Positions 29,615-38,937 of a DNA stretch of 64,000 nucleotides are shown piece by piece. The DNA is taken from the IMG/VR virus record IMGVR_UViG_3300028888_000002. The stretch is one strand, 5' to 3'. Below the pieces are notes generated by a model. That model was not told the origin of the DNA and made no database searches. It saw nothing but the letters and a program-made list of their open reading frames with translations. Every line of letters begins with the position of its first letter. The stretch's first letter is position 1. Source of the stretch: a virus. Lineage: Duplodnaviria; Caudoviricetes. The position numbers were made by a program, and so were the translations under genes.

Positions 29615-29702
29615 AAAGACCCCTATTGGTTGCTAATGCAAAGGAACAGCATTCCTGCTGCCCCTAGAATGAACGCTAGTCCATACTGCAAGATTTTGAA
29701 AA

Positions 29703-30338
29703 TCACTTAATGAGTTCCTTCGGCAAAAGGCGTTCCCTGGTTTCGGGGTAGCGACAAATCAAGTAGCCACGGAGCATAGCGTAATAGACCTTGTAAAGAC
29801 CCTGTGCAGGACCGTAAATGTGCGTATCAATTTGGAAGAACGCACTCAAGAACGGCAGCAGCGGATTGTCTGCGTAACGCTTGACGGGTAAATCCTTCGT
29901 GTATTCGTCCATACACGGGAACATCACCAACGGACGTTCCGTTATAGCGACAACGCAAATGGGGGTTTTCTTATAGGCGTAGGTAAACTTCGTTACGCTT
30001 TTCAGCTTCTCAACGTTTTCAGTCAAGCCCAAACTCTTTGTAAGGCTGCGGGCGAAGTCTGCCAAGAAATTGAACTGTTCCTCGGAGCAGTCCATAAGGC
30101 TTTCAAGAATGCCCTGGGGCTTTTTATTACGCAAGCGTTCAAGCAGGCACTTGCCCAACTTCGTGACCTTGTAACCCCACGGGTCCGTTTCTTTCTTTGC
30201 GGGCTGTGCCTTGTCTTCAATATCCTTGCGACGCTTTACGCTCTTTTCAAGAGTCTTGCGACGTTCTGCAATCCTTTCAAAGACAGCCTTGTATTTAGGC
30301 TTTTCGTCTTTTACGGGTTTCTGTTTTTTGGTAGCCAT
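29703..30338 (-). CDS. hypothetical protein
   Basis: 211 aa, AAAACCGAGGA RBS, basic N-terminus. Confidence 0.7.
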   Translation of the reverse strand: MATKKQKPVKDEKPKYKAVFERIAERRKTLEKSVKRRKDIEDKAQPAKKETDPWGYKVTKLGKCLLERLRNKKPQGILESLMDCSEEQFNFLADFARSLTKSLGLTENVEKLKSVTKFTYAYKKTPICVVAITERPLVMFPCMDEYTKDLPVKRYADNPLLPFLSAFFQIDTHIYGPAQGLYKVYYAMLRGYLICRYPETRERLLPKELIK

Positions 30339-30555
30339 TTCGTTTCCTCGGTTTTTGTGAAAAGTTGTATGAATAAGTTTGTCCGTTGTCGGACAAGCAG
30401 CCTGCCGTAACGTCCAGGCATTGAAAGGTCCGTGAAACTTCGTCGTCCACCTGGGGTTCTACAAGTTTACGGAGTTCCGTTTCGGACAAGGTGCTGCTGT
30501 TCGCAGACACCTTAACCGTCACGGTGTAAGTCTTTTCAAAGACCAATTTAGCCAT
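30295..30555 (-). CDS. hypothetical protein
   Basis: Start MAKLVF. Confidence 0.5.
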   Translation of the reverse strand: MAKLVFEKTYTVTVKVSANSSTLSETELRKLVEPQVDDEVSRTFQCLDVTAGCLSDNGQTYSYNFSQKPRKRNGYQKTETRKRRKA

Positions 30556-30751
30556 TAAGCCATTCCTCTTCGGGGATAACCTTGATACGCTTTGTAACTT
30601 CGGATATAAACACGTCGTCACCTAGATTTTGGCTCTTAACAAAGGTGGCGTGTTCCACAGCGGATTTCTTTGTCCCGAACGTTGCGGTATAGTTTTCGTG
30701 TGAAACCTTGTCATACCAGGTTACGTTATATTCAATAACTGCGTTTTCCAT
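30548..30751 (-). CDS. hypothetical protein
   Basis: AAGGA RBS, start MENAVI. Confidence 0.55.
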   Translation of the reverse strand: MENAVIEYNVTWYDKVSHENYTATFGTKKSAVEHATFVKSQNLGDDVFISEVTKRIKVIPEEEWLNG

Positions 30752-30801
30752 TTTTGTTTTCCTTTTCTTAAAGTGGCAAGGATAAAATAACAAAAATGTT
30801 T

Positions 30802-31383
30802 TTAGAACGAATACTCTTTGTCTGCGTCAATATCGGTTCCCGCCACGTCGCCAACCATAAGGACTTGAACGCCTATCTTGTCCACAAGCGTAGCGATTAC
30901 CTGCCCAAGTTCCTTACGGGGCTTGACTTCTTCACCGTCACGCAAATGCCCGAACGGTTCGTCAAGCAGCAAGAACGGTCGCTTGCCTGCAAGACGCAAG
31001 CAGCCGACACGCAGGGCGAAGCTAACGGAGTCAACTAGACCGCCACCCGAAGAATCCAACGGGTCCAACTTCGCACCGCCCTTACAAATACGGAACTCCG
31101 TGTCAACCTTGCCACGCTTCGGGACAAAGTTCACGGCAAATTCATAACCAGGGAAAAGCAGGTCCAGGCAATTCTGCACGGACCTTTGAACAGCGTCTTT
31201 AAGTTGGTCCTGCGTCTTTGACGCAACGTCCTGCAAGAGAGCCAGGGCTTTCTTTTGGTTGCTGCAATCAGCCTGCAAGCCTTCCAACTTCTTTCGGTTG
31301 TCTGCAAGCGACTTTTCGGCAAGGTCAAGTTGGGCACGACCCGACACGACTTTCTTGTGAAAATCTTCCAGGGTCAGCGACAT
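30802..31383 (-). CDS. Rad50/SbcC-like ATPase, C-terminal half
   Basis: Coiled coil then signature SSGGG, SFALR, Walker B/D-loop LLLDEPFGHL. Confidence 0.85.
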   Translation of the reverse strand: MSLTLEDFHKKVVSGRAQLDLAEKSLADNRKKLEGLQADCSNQKKALALLQDVASKTQDQLKDAVQRSVQNCLDLLFPGYEFAVNFVPKRGKVDTEFRICKGGAKLDPLDSSGGGLVDSVSFALRVGCLRLAGKRPFLLLDEPFGHLRDGEEVKPRKELGQVIATLVDKIGVQVLMVGDVAGTDIDADKEYSF

Positions 31384-31625
31384 TACACACCCGCTTCGGT
31401 AAGAAGTTTGTCGGCAGCTTCAAGGTATTCTTCCTGGGCTGCACGGTTGTCTTCAAGTTCCTGCTCAATCTTTTCCTGCAACGCTTCGGCTTCTGCAAGG
31501 GAAGAAACGTTGTAGTCACGCTGCCAGGTTTCTTCAATAGCCTTTTTCTTGCCCTCGGCTTCGGAGCGTTGATTTTTGAGTTTGTCAATACGGGCTTTGA
31601 CGTTTTCAATATCTACTGTTGCCAT
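31383..31625 (-). CDS. short coiled-coil protein (possible third Rad50 segment)
   Basis: 80 aa heptad-rich, coupled to the C-terminal half gene. Confidence 0.65.
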   Translation of the reverse strand: MATVDIENVKARIDKLKNQRSEAEGKKKAIEETWQRDYNVSSLAEAEALQEKIEQELEDNRAAQEEYLEAADKLLTEAGV

Positions 31626-31670
31626 TTTTCGGTTTTCCTTTTTGGTTCTAATTGTTATATAGTCCGTGGG

Positions 31671-32609
31671 CTACTTTTTTTCTTCGGGGACATAGGAATC
31701 AATAATGTCCTGTGTAGCCTTGCGAACTTCCTTGTCCTTTTCTTTCAAAATCGCAGCCTGCACGTTTGCGATAAAGTCAAGGTGCGGGACTTCAAAATCC
31801 TGCAAGCCTTCCAGGTAGGTTTCAAGTTCCTGGCGGGATTCACGCTTCGGGTCGGGGTGGACCTTTCCGAACTTTTTGAGCGGGACTTCCTTTACGGACA
31901 AATCGGACGTGTCAAGAATGTAGCAGCGGGGCTTGTAGTCTTCCATATCCGAAGCCTGGATATTCAAGCAGCCACAGGTCACGACGGACGCATTCTTGAA
32001 ATTCTTGATATAGCCGTGGTGATAGTCACCCGTAAGAATAAGCTGTGCGTTGGAACGCTCCAACAGTTCCTCGGCAATCACGCCAATGTCCGTGATAGGC
32101 TTGCCGTCCTTGTTATGCGGGCGAGCGTCGTTGTCGGGGAAGACAAGTTCGTGGACACACCAAATATCGCAATCGGGTATCTTTTCGGGTTCGGTCCCGA
32201 AAGGATATGCCTGGATTTCGGTCTTGATACTTTCGCCCTTAACGGTGTCAACACAGGACGTGGAACGCAATTCCGTGACGTTGCTCAAAGAGAAAATCCC
32301 ACCGATTGTGGACTTGCTGACATTCTCATATTGGTGGTGCAGTTCGTCGTGGTTCCCGATTAGGACACGCACGGGCGTGTTGCCAAAGCCCTGCAACAGA
32401 CGCAAAGCCTGGTTCGTCGCTTCGGTTGAAGTGCGGGCACGGTGGAACAGGTCGCCCAAAATCCACACTTCGTCGCAGTGTTCCTGTTCAACGATAGGGT
32501 AAAGCTGCTCAACAGACTGTCGCTGTTCTTCAAGCCAATTATCGGGGTCAACACGGCACGACGGGGCATCGCCACGCAAGTGCCAATCAGCCGTTAGTAA
32601 ACACTTCAT
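31671..32609 (-). CDS. Mre11/SbcD-like metallophosphoesterase nuclease
   Basis: ADWH, LGDLFH, GNHD, CVHE, TGDYHH. Confidence 0.92.
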   Translation of the reverse strand: MKCLLTADWHLRGDAPSCRVDPDNWLEEQRQSVEQLYPIVEQEHCDEVWILGDLFHRARTSTEATNQALRLLQGFGNTPVRVLIGNHDELHHQYENVSKSTIGGIFSLSNVTELRSTSCVDTVKGESIKTEIQAYPFGTEPEKIPDCDIWCVHELVFPDNDARPHNKDGKPITDIGVIAEELLERSNAQLILTGDYHHGYIKNFKNASVVTCGCLNIQASDMEDYKPRCYILDTSDLSVKEVPLKKFGKVHPDPKRESRQELETYLEGLQDFEVPHLDFIANVQAAILKEKDKEVRKATQDIIDSYVPEEKK

Positions 32610-32839
32610 TAACGCAATTCCTTCTTGTAGAAATCGTCTTCGCTGTCCATAACGTCCACAGGCGAAACGCAGTAACCGCTACCCCTGGGAATGTTGCCGT
32701 CCGTGACCTGCTCGGATTTTTCCTTTTCAGCCTTGAACGCTTCTGCCAACTTTTTAGTGGAGCAGAACCATTCTTTCTTAAAAAGGTCGTTACCGCTGCG
32801 GGCACCGCTGTTTTTGGTAATCTTGTAAATCGTCTTCAT
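32609..32839 (-). CDS. hypothetical protein
   Basis: AAGGA RBS, 76 aa. Confidence 0.6.
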   Translation of the reverse strand: MKTIYKITKNSGARSGNDLFKKEWFCSTKKLAEAFKAEKEKSEQVTDGNIPRGSGYCVSPVDVMDSEDDFYKKELR

Positions 32840-32851
32840 AAGGGTTTTCCT

Positions 32852-33139
32852 TTATCCTGCATTGAAACTAGACAGGATAACTATTGCTTCTTTGTCGGTT
32901 TCCAGGTCGGTGTAGCCAACCGCTGAAATTTCGTCAACTTTCTGCCAACGACCAATTTCAAAGTCGTAGTCGTATTGGACACGCTCGCTTCTGCCCTTGT
33001 AGTCCCCGTCCTGGGTTTCCTTGTCAAACACCTTGTCTTCCAAGAGTTGTTCCAACTTCTGCCTGTTGGCACAGGCGATAACGGCAGCGTCGTAGGTGTC
33101 GTAATCTACGTGATTAAGTTTAACTAGATAGAGTCGCAT
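32852..33139 (-). CDS. hypothetical protein
   Basis: MRLYLVK..YDTYDAAVI.....VILSSFNAG phage small-protein pattern. Confidence 0.7.
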   Translation of the reverse strand: MRLYLVKLNHVDYDTYDAAVIACANRQKLEQLLEDKVFDKETQDGDYKGRSERVQYDYDFEIGRWQKVDEISAVGYTDLETDKEAIVILSSFNAG

Positions 33140-33146
33140 AGTAAAT

Positions 33147-33215
33147 AAAAAAGCCCCGCCCATTTCCCGCACTTTAGACAACCACGACCGAGGATTGGGA
33201 AAAATTGGGCGGGGC
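33147..33215 (-). terminator. terminator-like hairpin with large loop antisense to early-gene leaders
   Basis: GCCCCGCCCAATTTTTCCC / GGGAAATGGGCGGGGC followed by T-run; loop AATCCTCGGTCGTGGTTGTCT. Confidence 0.75.
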
Positions 33216-33223
33216 AAAATTCC

Positions 33224-33787
33224 TTAAAGGTTATTCAACCGTTTGCTAATCCGTGTTAGAGCTATCTTTGCACACATCAAGGCGTTCTTATATCCTTCGT
33301 CGGTAAGGATTTCATAAGCCTGGTAGTTGTGCCCGTCTAGGTGGGTCCTAAACTTGCCGTCACGGACGCAGGTTGAAGATAAGGGGTATGCCAACTTTAC
33401 AGGTATGACACAACCAATCTTCCCGTCTTCATTAAATTTAGCAAATAATCCGTCAACGCACAAGGTATTGTGTTCGCCATTGTCGTATATTCCGACGTTT
33501 TCCACGAAAACAATGCCGTCCGATATGCTGTTGTTAAGGTGGAATGCCTTCTTGCAAAGCTGCTCACGCAGTTCACGGACCCTGCTTTCCCAGGTCGGCT
33601 CAATGCAGGTAGCACTTACAATGACCTGCTGAAGTTCATTGACTATCTTTGAAGCGGTTGCAAGCGTGTAACGCTTGCCCTGGAACTTACGCAGGACTTT
33701 CGGGAGTTCCGCAGAAAGATACTGTTCGCACGTAGGCTGTTTAGGCTTGTTCGGAGCCTTCCTACCTTTTATTAGTCTAGCCCGCAT
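33224..33787 (-). CDS. hypothetical protein
   Basis: 187 aa coupled ORF. Confidence 0.65.
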   Translation of the reverse strand: MRARLIKGRKAPNKPKQPTCEQYLSAELPKVLRKFQGKRYTLATASKIVNELQQVIVSATCIEPTWESRVRELREQLCKKAFHLNNSISDGIVFVENVGIYDNGEHNTLCVDGLFAKFNEDGKIGCVIPVKLAYPLSSTCVRDGKFRTHLDGHNYQAYEILTDEGYKNALMCAKIALTRISKRLNNL

Positions 33788-34037
33788 TCAACAGACCCTC
33801 CAGGATTGTGCAAAAGATAATGGTAACAAGCATACAGCCGAAAATGATAGAGAGCAGCAGGTAGTTTTCCGCATTCTTTACGGCTTTCGTGTAAGCCTGG
33901 TGCGTAGAACGCAGCAGAACACGCAGGTCGTTGACCTGCTGCTTCGCTGCTTCAAGTTCCGTCGGTGCGTCCGTGCTATTCAAATAACACTCAACTTCCA
34001 TAACGGTAAGTTCGGTATTTTCAACAAAATCGTCCAT
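33777..34037 (-). CDS. membrane protein (coiled coil + C-terminal TM)
   Basis: GGAG RBS; hydrophobic C-terminus. Confidence 0.65.
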   Translation of the reverse strand: MDDFVENTELTVMEVECYLNSTDAPTELEAAKQQVNDLRVLLRSTHQAYTKAVKNAENYLLLSIIFGCMLVTIIFCTILEGLLNAG

Positions 34038-34079
34038 TCGTGGTTGTAACTCCTACACTACCTATATAGGCGTATAGCG

Positions 34080-34463
34080 TCAAATTTCCACGTTGGAGTC
34101 AACCGAAAGACCTGCGAACGCCTTGCTGACCTTTTCTGCAAGCGACCACAGGACGGACATTTCAGCACCGTCGTATTTGTCAATCATATAGGATTCAAGG
34201 CATACGGTGTTCGGGTAGTCGTCCTTGAGCTGCCCCGCTGCCTTTGCGACCTGGAACGCTTCCTTGCGGTCCGCATAGCGGTAGGTCCCGTCCGCAGCCT
34301 TGATTACGAATCCGAAGCATTCGGGAAGACCCTTGATGATAATGCCCTTTTCCCTGCGGTCGTCCATAAGGTATTCACGGGCGGTGTTGTGGCTGTTAGC
34401 CACCGAAAACGGGTGCTTGAAGTCGGTATAGAAGCCGACGAACGGGCAAACTACGTGTTCCAT
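34080..34463 (-). CDS. hypothetical early protein
   Basis: FGF....Y.DRKEAFQVAKAAGQL..L.S conserved phage motif; first gene after promoter. Confidence 0.7.
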   Translation of the reverse strand: MEHVVCPFVGFYTDFKHPFSVANSHNTAREYLMDDRREKGIIIKGLPECFGFVIKAADGTYRYADRKEAFQVAKAAGQLKDDYPNTVCLESYMIDKYDGAEMSVLWSLAEKVSKAFAGLSVDSNVEI

Positions 34464-34500
34464 ACACTTAATCCTCGGTTGAATGGTTCAACGTAAGAAT

Positions 34501-34600
34501 AATATAACTAATTACCATACCGCAGTCAACAGGCGTTGTTAAAATTTTTGTTTACATTTTACTTACGCTATTGCTAAACATTGGATATTTTGTTATATTG
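34501..34600. promoter_or_regulatory. divergent promoter pair at strand switch
   Basis: Minus: TTGACT-N17-TATATT with degenerate operator; plus: TTGCTA-N17-TATATT. Confidence 0.75.
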
Positions 34601-34605
34601 CGGGT

Positions 34606-34809
34606 ATGACAAAACCACAGACCGATATTTCGGGAATGCTCGCTATGCTTCCCGAAGACAAGCAGAAACTTTACATTAACACGCTCTATGCAGTAGCCAG
34701 GACAGCGATTGAAGCCCGCTGCGGTGCCCTGCGTGTTATGGACCTGGAAACCCTGCAATCGCTTGAAGACGAAAGCAACGCCCGATTTGAAGAATGGTTA
34801 TTTCAGTGA
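34606..34809 (+). CDS. hypothetical protein (likely leaderless)
   Basis: ATG about 6 nt after -10 box. Confidence 0.55.
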   Translation: MTKPQTDISGMLAMLPEDKQKLYINTLYAVARTAIEARCGALRVMDLETLQSLEDESNARFEEWLFQ

Positions 34810-34858
34810 CCGCTAAAATAAGTTATATTTCCTATTAAACAACTAGCAGGACACTATT

Positions 34859-35380
34859 ATGCCTAAACTGAAAATACGCCTACACGAATCCCACGGCTCT
34901 ATGAAAGTTTGGGCTGTCACGTTTGACAGCGAAGACCAGGCTAACGAAGAAGACTACTATCTTCGTGACGGTTGGGGCAGCGAATTGAATACAGCCGTAT
35001 CGGGCAACACCCTTTATGCGGACGGCAGCAAAGCCGAACAAATCTTAAAGGAATGGTTCCCTGGAAAAGAAATCCAGGTCGTAGCTGCTCCGAGGGACGT
35101 GGAACAAATGCTTCTCGGCAATTTCACCGAAACCCTGGGCGAGAGCAAAAAGAAAGAAGACGCTGCGTGGGAACCGCCCGCCCCCGTCAAAATCAAGACA
35201 CTCAAAAAAGACGACCTGTTCACCTTGAAGCCGATTGAGAACCCGAAGGAATCCCAGGTGTGGTGCTTCCAGGGCTACGACCGCACTGACAGGACCTATT
35301 GGGCTATCCGTTGGGACAACATCAGCGTAAGCCGTGAGTTTAAGGGCGACAAGGACGTTTACACGGAATTTAACTTCTAA
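34859..35380 (+). CDS. two-domain putative internal head protein
   Basis: N-terminal MPKLKIRLHES; domains joined by GESKKKE. Confidence 0.65.
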   Translation: MPKLKIRLHESHGSMKVWAVTFDSEDQANEEDYYLRDGWGSELNTAVSGNTLYADGSKAEQILKEWFPGKEIQVVAAPRDVEQMLLGNFTETLGESKKKEDAAWEPPAPVKIKTLKKDDLFTLKPIENPKESQVWCFQGYDRTDRTYWAIRWDNISVSREFKGDKDVYTEFNF

Positions 35381-35958
35381 TGCAGACACTATACGTTCCG
35401 AAATATGGCATACACTATCGGGTGAACCCGAAGAACCCCTGCGAATTGCAGTGGTCCAAAAAGCCGTTCGGTCCTATGACTGCGTGGCAGAAAGCCTACA
35501 CGTTCAAGCGACCAATCCGTGCTTTGGACATTGACGACGAAACGGACCAGGGCGTTGTCGTTTTGAATGACAGCACGACCTACGTCGGTTCGGGCGTTCG
35601 TGTTTGGGGCAAGAAGTTCTATACTGCGGGTTCCCGCATTTACAGCCTATACGCAATAGGGGAAAGCAAAATGACACGAAAGCTGACAATCAAGGTCCAC
35701 GAAAGCACCGCTGAAAATATACCCGACGCACTTAAAAACAAGCTCCGCAACGTTATTGGCTATGAATACGATAACGGCAAATGCGTAGCGTTTGATTTTG
35801 AGCCGACGCACGAACACAATATCGTTTTCCTTTACGACGACAACGGGACCATATTGGATTACGTCAATTTCGGGGACAACTACGACGCTGCAAAGTATCT
35901 TTACGATATGACCGCCAGGGACATTAAGGCGGGCAGAAAAGTTAGCAACCACCTGTAA
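35380..35958 (+). CDS. two-domain putative internal head protein
   Basis: Internal GESKMTRKLTIKVHES. Confidence 0.6.
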   Translation: MQTLYVPKYGIHYRVNPKNPCELQWSKKPFGPMTAWQKAYTFKRPIRALDIDDETDQGVVVLNDSTTYVGSGVRVWGKKFYTAGSRIYSLYAIGESKMTRKLTIKVHESTAENIPDALKNKLRNVIGYEYDNGKCVAFDFEPTHEHNIVFLYDDNGTILDYVNFGDNYDAAKYLYDMTARDIKAGRKVSNHL

Positions 35959-35970
35959 GGGGGCGAATTT

Positions 35971-36291
35971 ATGGCAAGTATGAAAATCAAAGTCCACAGC
36001 ATTTCCGAAGACAAGGGCGACGTAGATTTGGACGCTATGATGTCGGAGTTCAAGCAAGTTCTCGGCAACGACTACAAGCTGCGTGGTTACACGCAGAACA
36101 CCAAATATGAGCAGCAGCTTGTGATTGAAGTAAAGGGTGTCGGTGAATTTTTCTGTGGCTACGCATTAGTTTACAACGGTGGCAGATTCAAGGTCCGCAC
36201 CTGGGACGCTGACACTAACTTTGACTTGGACTGTGATATGACGCTTTTCAAGAAACTTCAAACAATCTTCTACAAGTATTGCGGGGGCTAA
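35971..36291 (+). CDS. putative internal head protein
   Basis: N-terminal MASMKIKVHSISE. Confidence 0.6.
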   Translation: MASMKIKVHSISEDKGDVDLDAMMSEFKQVLGNDYKLRGYTQNTKYEQQLVIEVKGVGEFFCGYALVYNGGRFKVRTWDADTNFDLDCDMTLFKKLQTIFYKYCGG

Positions 36292-36294
36292 TCC

Positions 36295-36537
36295 TTGAAC
36301 ATTGAAGACTACCCAAAACCGATAACCATTGACGGACTAGCTCCGTTGCACCGCAAGCGACACACAGCGGGGACAAAAGAAACCTGCTGTATTTGCCACG
36401 AACGCAAGACATATCGCTACATTGGGGGTAAGCCCGTATGCAGCTATTGTTCTAGCACAGAACAAGCGGAAAGAATGGGACCAAATTGGAGCAGCAGGAT
36501 TATTCGTAAAGAGGACCTGGTGTATGCTAACAATTAG
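36295..36537 (+). CDS. small zinc-finger protein
   Basis: CCIC..VCSYC. Confidence 0.5.
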   Translation: MNIEDYPKPITIDGLAPLHRKRHTAGTKETCCICHERKTYRYIGGKPVCSYCSSTEQAERMGPNWSSRIIRKEDLVYANN

Positions 36538-36581
36538 TGAAAATAACGGTCACACTGTTCGTTTAATCAAGGACTAAACAA

Positions 36582-37166
36582 ATGCCACGCAATCTTGACG
36601 ACATAAATTTTCTCAAAGACAGGCATTCCCTTAATGTGATTACCCGTCTAGCCGACACGCAGGTGTATGTCGCCTTGAAGCATAGTATCACGATTGTAGG
36701 CTACAACGCAGAAGTTTACCTGCCCGTGATTTCCGAGGGCACGGAAAACTTCCCGATTGTGGACCGTGGGGACAGTTCCATTTACAGCGGTATGCCCCTG
36801 GATGGTGCCTACAACCAGGAAGACAGGACGGGTTCCGTGTATAACGAAAAGGACCACGAATACCGTTACAAGACCGAACCCGATTTTATCGCCCGCATAG
36901 CATTCCTGGACCCGCAGGAACAGCCTGTAATCCGTGGCGAAGAAATGTTCCTGGACGAAGAAAACACGGCATACACGCTCAAAAACACTAGCGGTCACAG
37001 AAACTATTGCCCAGGCGATATTGTGTTGCATTCCAAACTACTTGTGCATTACGGTGACGAGGACTTGTCGTATTTTGTCAAGAACATTAGGACGCTCCGC
37101 AACCCGAACGCCAAAAAAGAGAGCGAAGAATCGCTCATTTACCTGGACCTTGTGTTGCACGTCTAG
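36582..37166 (+). CDS. hypothetical protein, possibly head-completion/neck
   Basis: 194 aa with AAGGA RBS; function from context only. Confidence 0.5.
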   Translation: MPRNLDDINFLKDRHSLNVITRLADTQVYVALKHSITIVGYNAEVYLPVISEGTENFPIVDRGDSSIYSGMPLDGAYNQEDRTGSVYNEKDHEYRYKTEPDFIARIAFLDPQEQPVIRGEEMFLDEENTAYTLKNTSGHRNYCPGDIVLHSKLLVHYGDEDLSYFVKNIRTLRNPNAKKESEESLIYLDLVLHV

Positions 37167-37215
37167 CGTCAAATTGTTATTTTAGGTTTTGTATAACCAT
37201 AAGCAGAGGTTGAAT

Positions 37216-37623
37216 ATGTCTTTACAGGATATAGCTAACAGAGCAAAAAGCAAACAGAACACTACTCTTTTGGAAGACATTATCTGTAGTGCTTCGGAAA
37301 AGTTGAATGACGCTTTCAGCGGTTTGGAAGACCTGCTTGACGAAGACGCTAGTGACAGCGTGTGGGCTACGCTTGACAAGTTGCCCGACGGTCCTGTAAA
37401 GCAGGAACTTGAAGAACAGGTTGGTCGCCTTTACAAGCTAGTCAATGGCGAACTTAAAGAAGCCGACGACGACCTGTCCGCTATCGCTGAAGAAGTCAGT
37501 TGGGACAGTAACAGCGTTGACACCTGGAAAGACGTTGTTATGGCTGCACTTCCCGCAGGTGCGTCGGCTTCTATGGCTAACGACGTGGAAGCAGCCCTTG
37601 AAAACATTAAGAGCGTTTACTAA
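37216..37623 (+). CDS. acidic helical hypothetical protein
   Basis: GAGG RBS; start MSLQ. Confidence 0.65.
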   Translation: MSLQDIANRAKSKQNTTLLEDIICSASEKLNDAFSGLEDLLDEDASDSVWATLDKLPDGPVKQELEEQVGRLYKLVNGELKEADDDLSAIAEEVSWDSNSVDTWKDVVMAALPAGASASMANDVEAALENIKSVY

Positions 37624-37640
37624 TCAGTGAGGACACCACT

Positions 37641-38924
37641 ATGGGTTTCAAAATCAAAGTAAAGGAAGGAAACGGCTACGCAGGTGGTAAGGGCTTTCCG
37701 AAGAAAAACGGAACGTATATCATTACTGTAAAGGACCTTAAACCAGGACTTCACAAAGGTCCATATTCTGTTAAGGCACGTTGGTCCAACTACGCTATGG
37801 ATTGGGTTCTTGAAGACCTGGACGAAATCCCGCATTTGGACAGCTCCGTAATGGTTATTGACTACAAGCCGTTCAACCAGGAAGAATATGACCGCCTGCG
37901 TGAACAGGAACAAATCCGTGACCTCGGTTCCGTCCGCAGAAAAGAACCGTTTGACATTCCCGTGGCAAAGGCGTTCCGTGGGGAATCTTTCTACTCCCAG
38001 GGCAACCGTGACGGTCGCAAGTATGCCCCGATGAAGACCCAGGAATCGTTCCCGAACCGTGCAGCGTTCCTGTCTTACAAGAAAGGCTACAACGAAGCCC
38101 TTGACGGCATTTACGAAGAAACGGGCGACCCCGACTTTGACAAGGAAGTTAAGGACCTTAAATCAAAGCCTGGTATGGACAGCCTTGTTTCCGCTTTGGA
38201 CGGCTTGACCGACGAACAGCTTGCCTTGCTTGAAAAGGGCTTTGGCGACGGTGAATATGCCGAAAAAATGAACACTGCCGTAATGGATATTAAGGCAAAG
38301 GACCTGCACCCGACGCAGAACGAAATTGACGTTGGCAAGTCCCTGTCTTACCAAATCAGCGGTAAGAACCCCGACCAGGTTAAGCAAATCCTTGATGGCG
38401 GTCCTGTCACCATTAACTTGCCGTTGGTCGTCTATGACTACAACGGAACGTATTACATAGTGGACGGGCACCACCGTTGGTCCCAGGTGTTCTTGCTCAA
38501 CCCGAACTGCCAAATCAACAGTATCGTTTTCAAAAATTCCGCAGGCGACACCGCCCAGGACCCCGCAGATATGCTGCGTGACTTCCAGGGTGCTATCGCT
38601 ATCGCAAACGACGGTGAAGTTCCGCAAAGCACCGTCAAGCCTGGAATGAATATGTTTGATTGGTCGTCCGACCAACTCCGTGACTACCTGGAAGAAAATA
38701 TCCAGGACGGTATGATTTCCGCTTACCAGGATTTCTACAACTCCGAAATTGACAAGGAAGACATTGAAAATTCTGTTGTCAGTAACGCAGGCTTGATGAA
38801 GAAATCCAATAAGCCTATCAATAACGCCCCTAGCCGTGCTGTTATGCCACAGACCGACACGGGCGTTGACAAGACGGGCGTTGCGGGTCTTGAAATCGCA
38901 AAGAAGGGTATGACCGACCTTTAA
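37641..38924 (+). CDS. modular protein with ParB/Srx-like domain
   Basis: N-terminal MGFKIKVKEG; DLHPTQNEI..PLVV...YIVDGHHRW. Confidence 0.75.
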   Translation: MGFKIKVKEGNGYAGGKGFPKKNGTYIITVKDLKPGLHKGPYSVKARWSNYAMDWVLEDLDEIPHLDSSVMVIDYKPFNQEEYDRLREQEQIRDLGSVRRKEPFDIPVAKAFRGESFYSQGNRDGRKYAPMKTQESFPNRAAFLSYKKGYNEALDGIYEETGDPDFDKEVKDLKSKPGMDSLVSALDGLTDEQLALLEKGFGDGEYAEKMNTAVMDIKAKDLHPTQNEIDVGKSLSYQISGKNPDQVKQILDGGPVTINLPLVVYDYNGTYYIVDGHHRWSQVFLLNPNCQINSIVFKNSAGDTAQDPADMLRDFQGAIAIANDGEVPQSTVKPGMNMFDWSSDQLRDYLEENIQDGMISAYQDFYNSEIDKEDIENSVVSNAGLMKKSNKPINNAPSRAVMPQTDTGVDKTGVAGLEIAKKGMTDL

Positions 38925-38937
38925 TGGAGCGTGTGAT

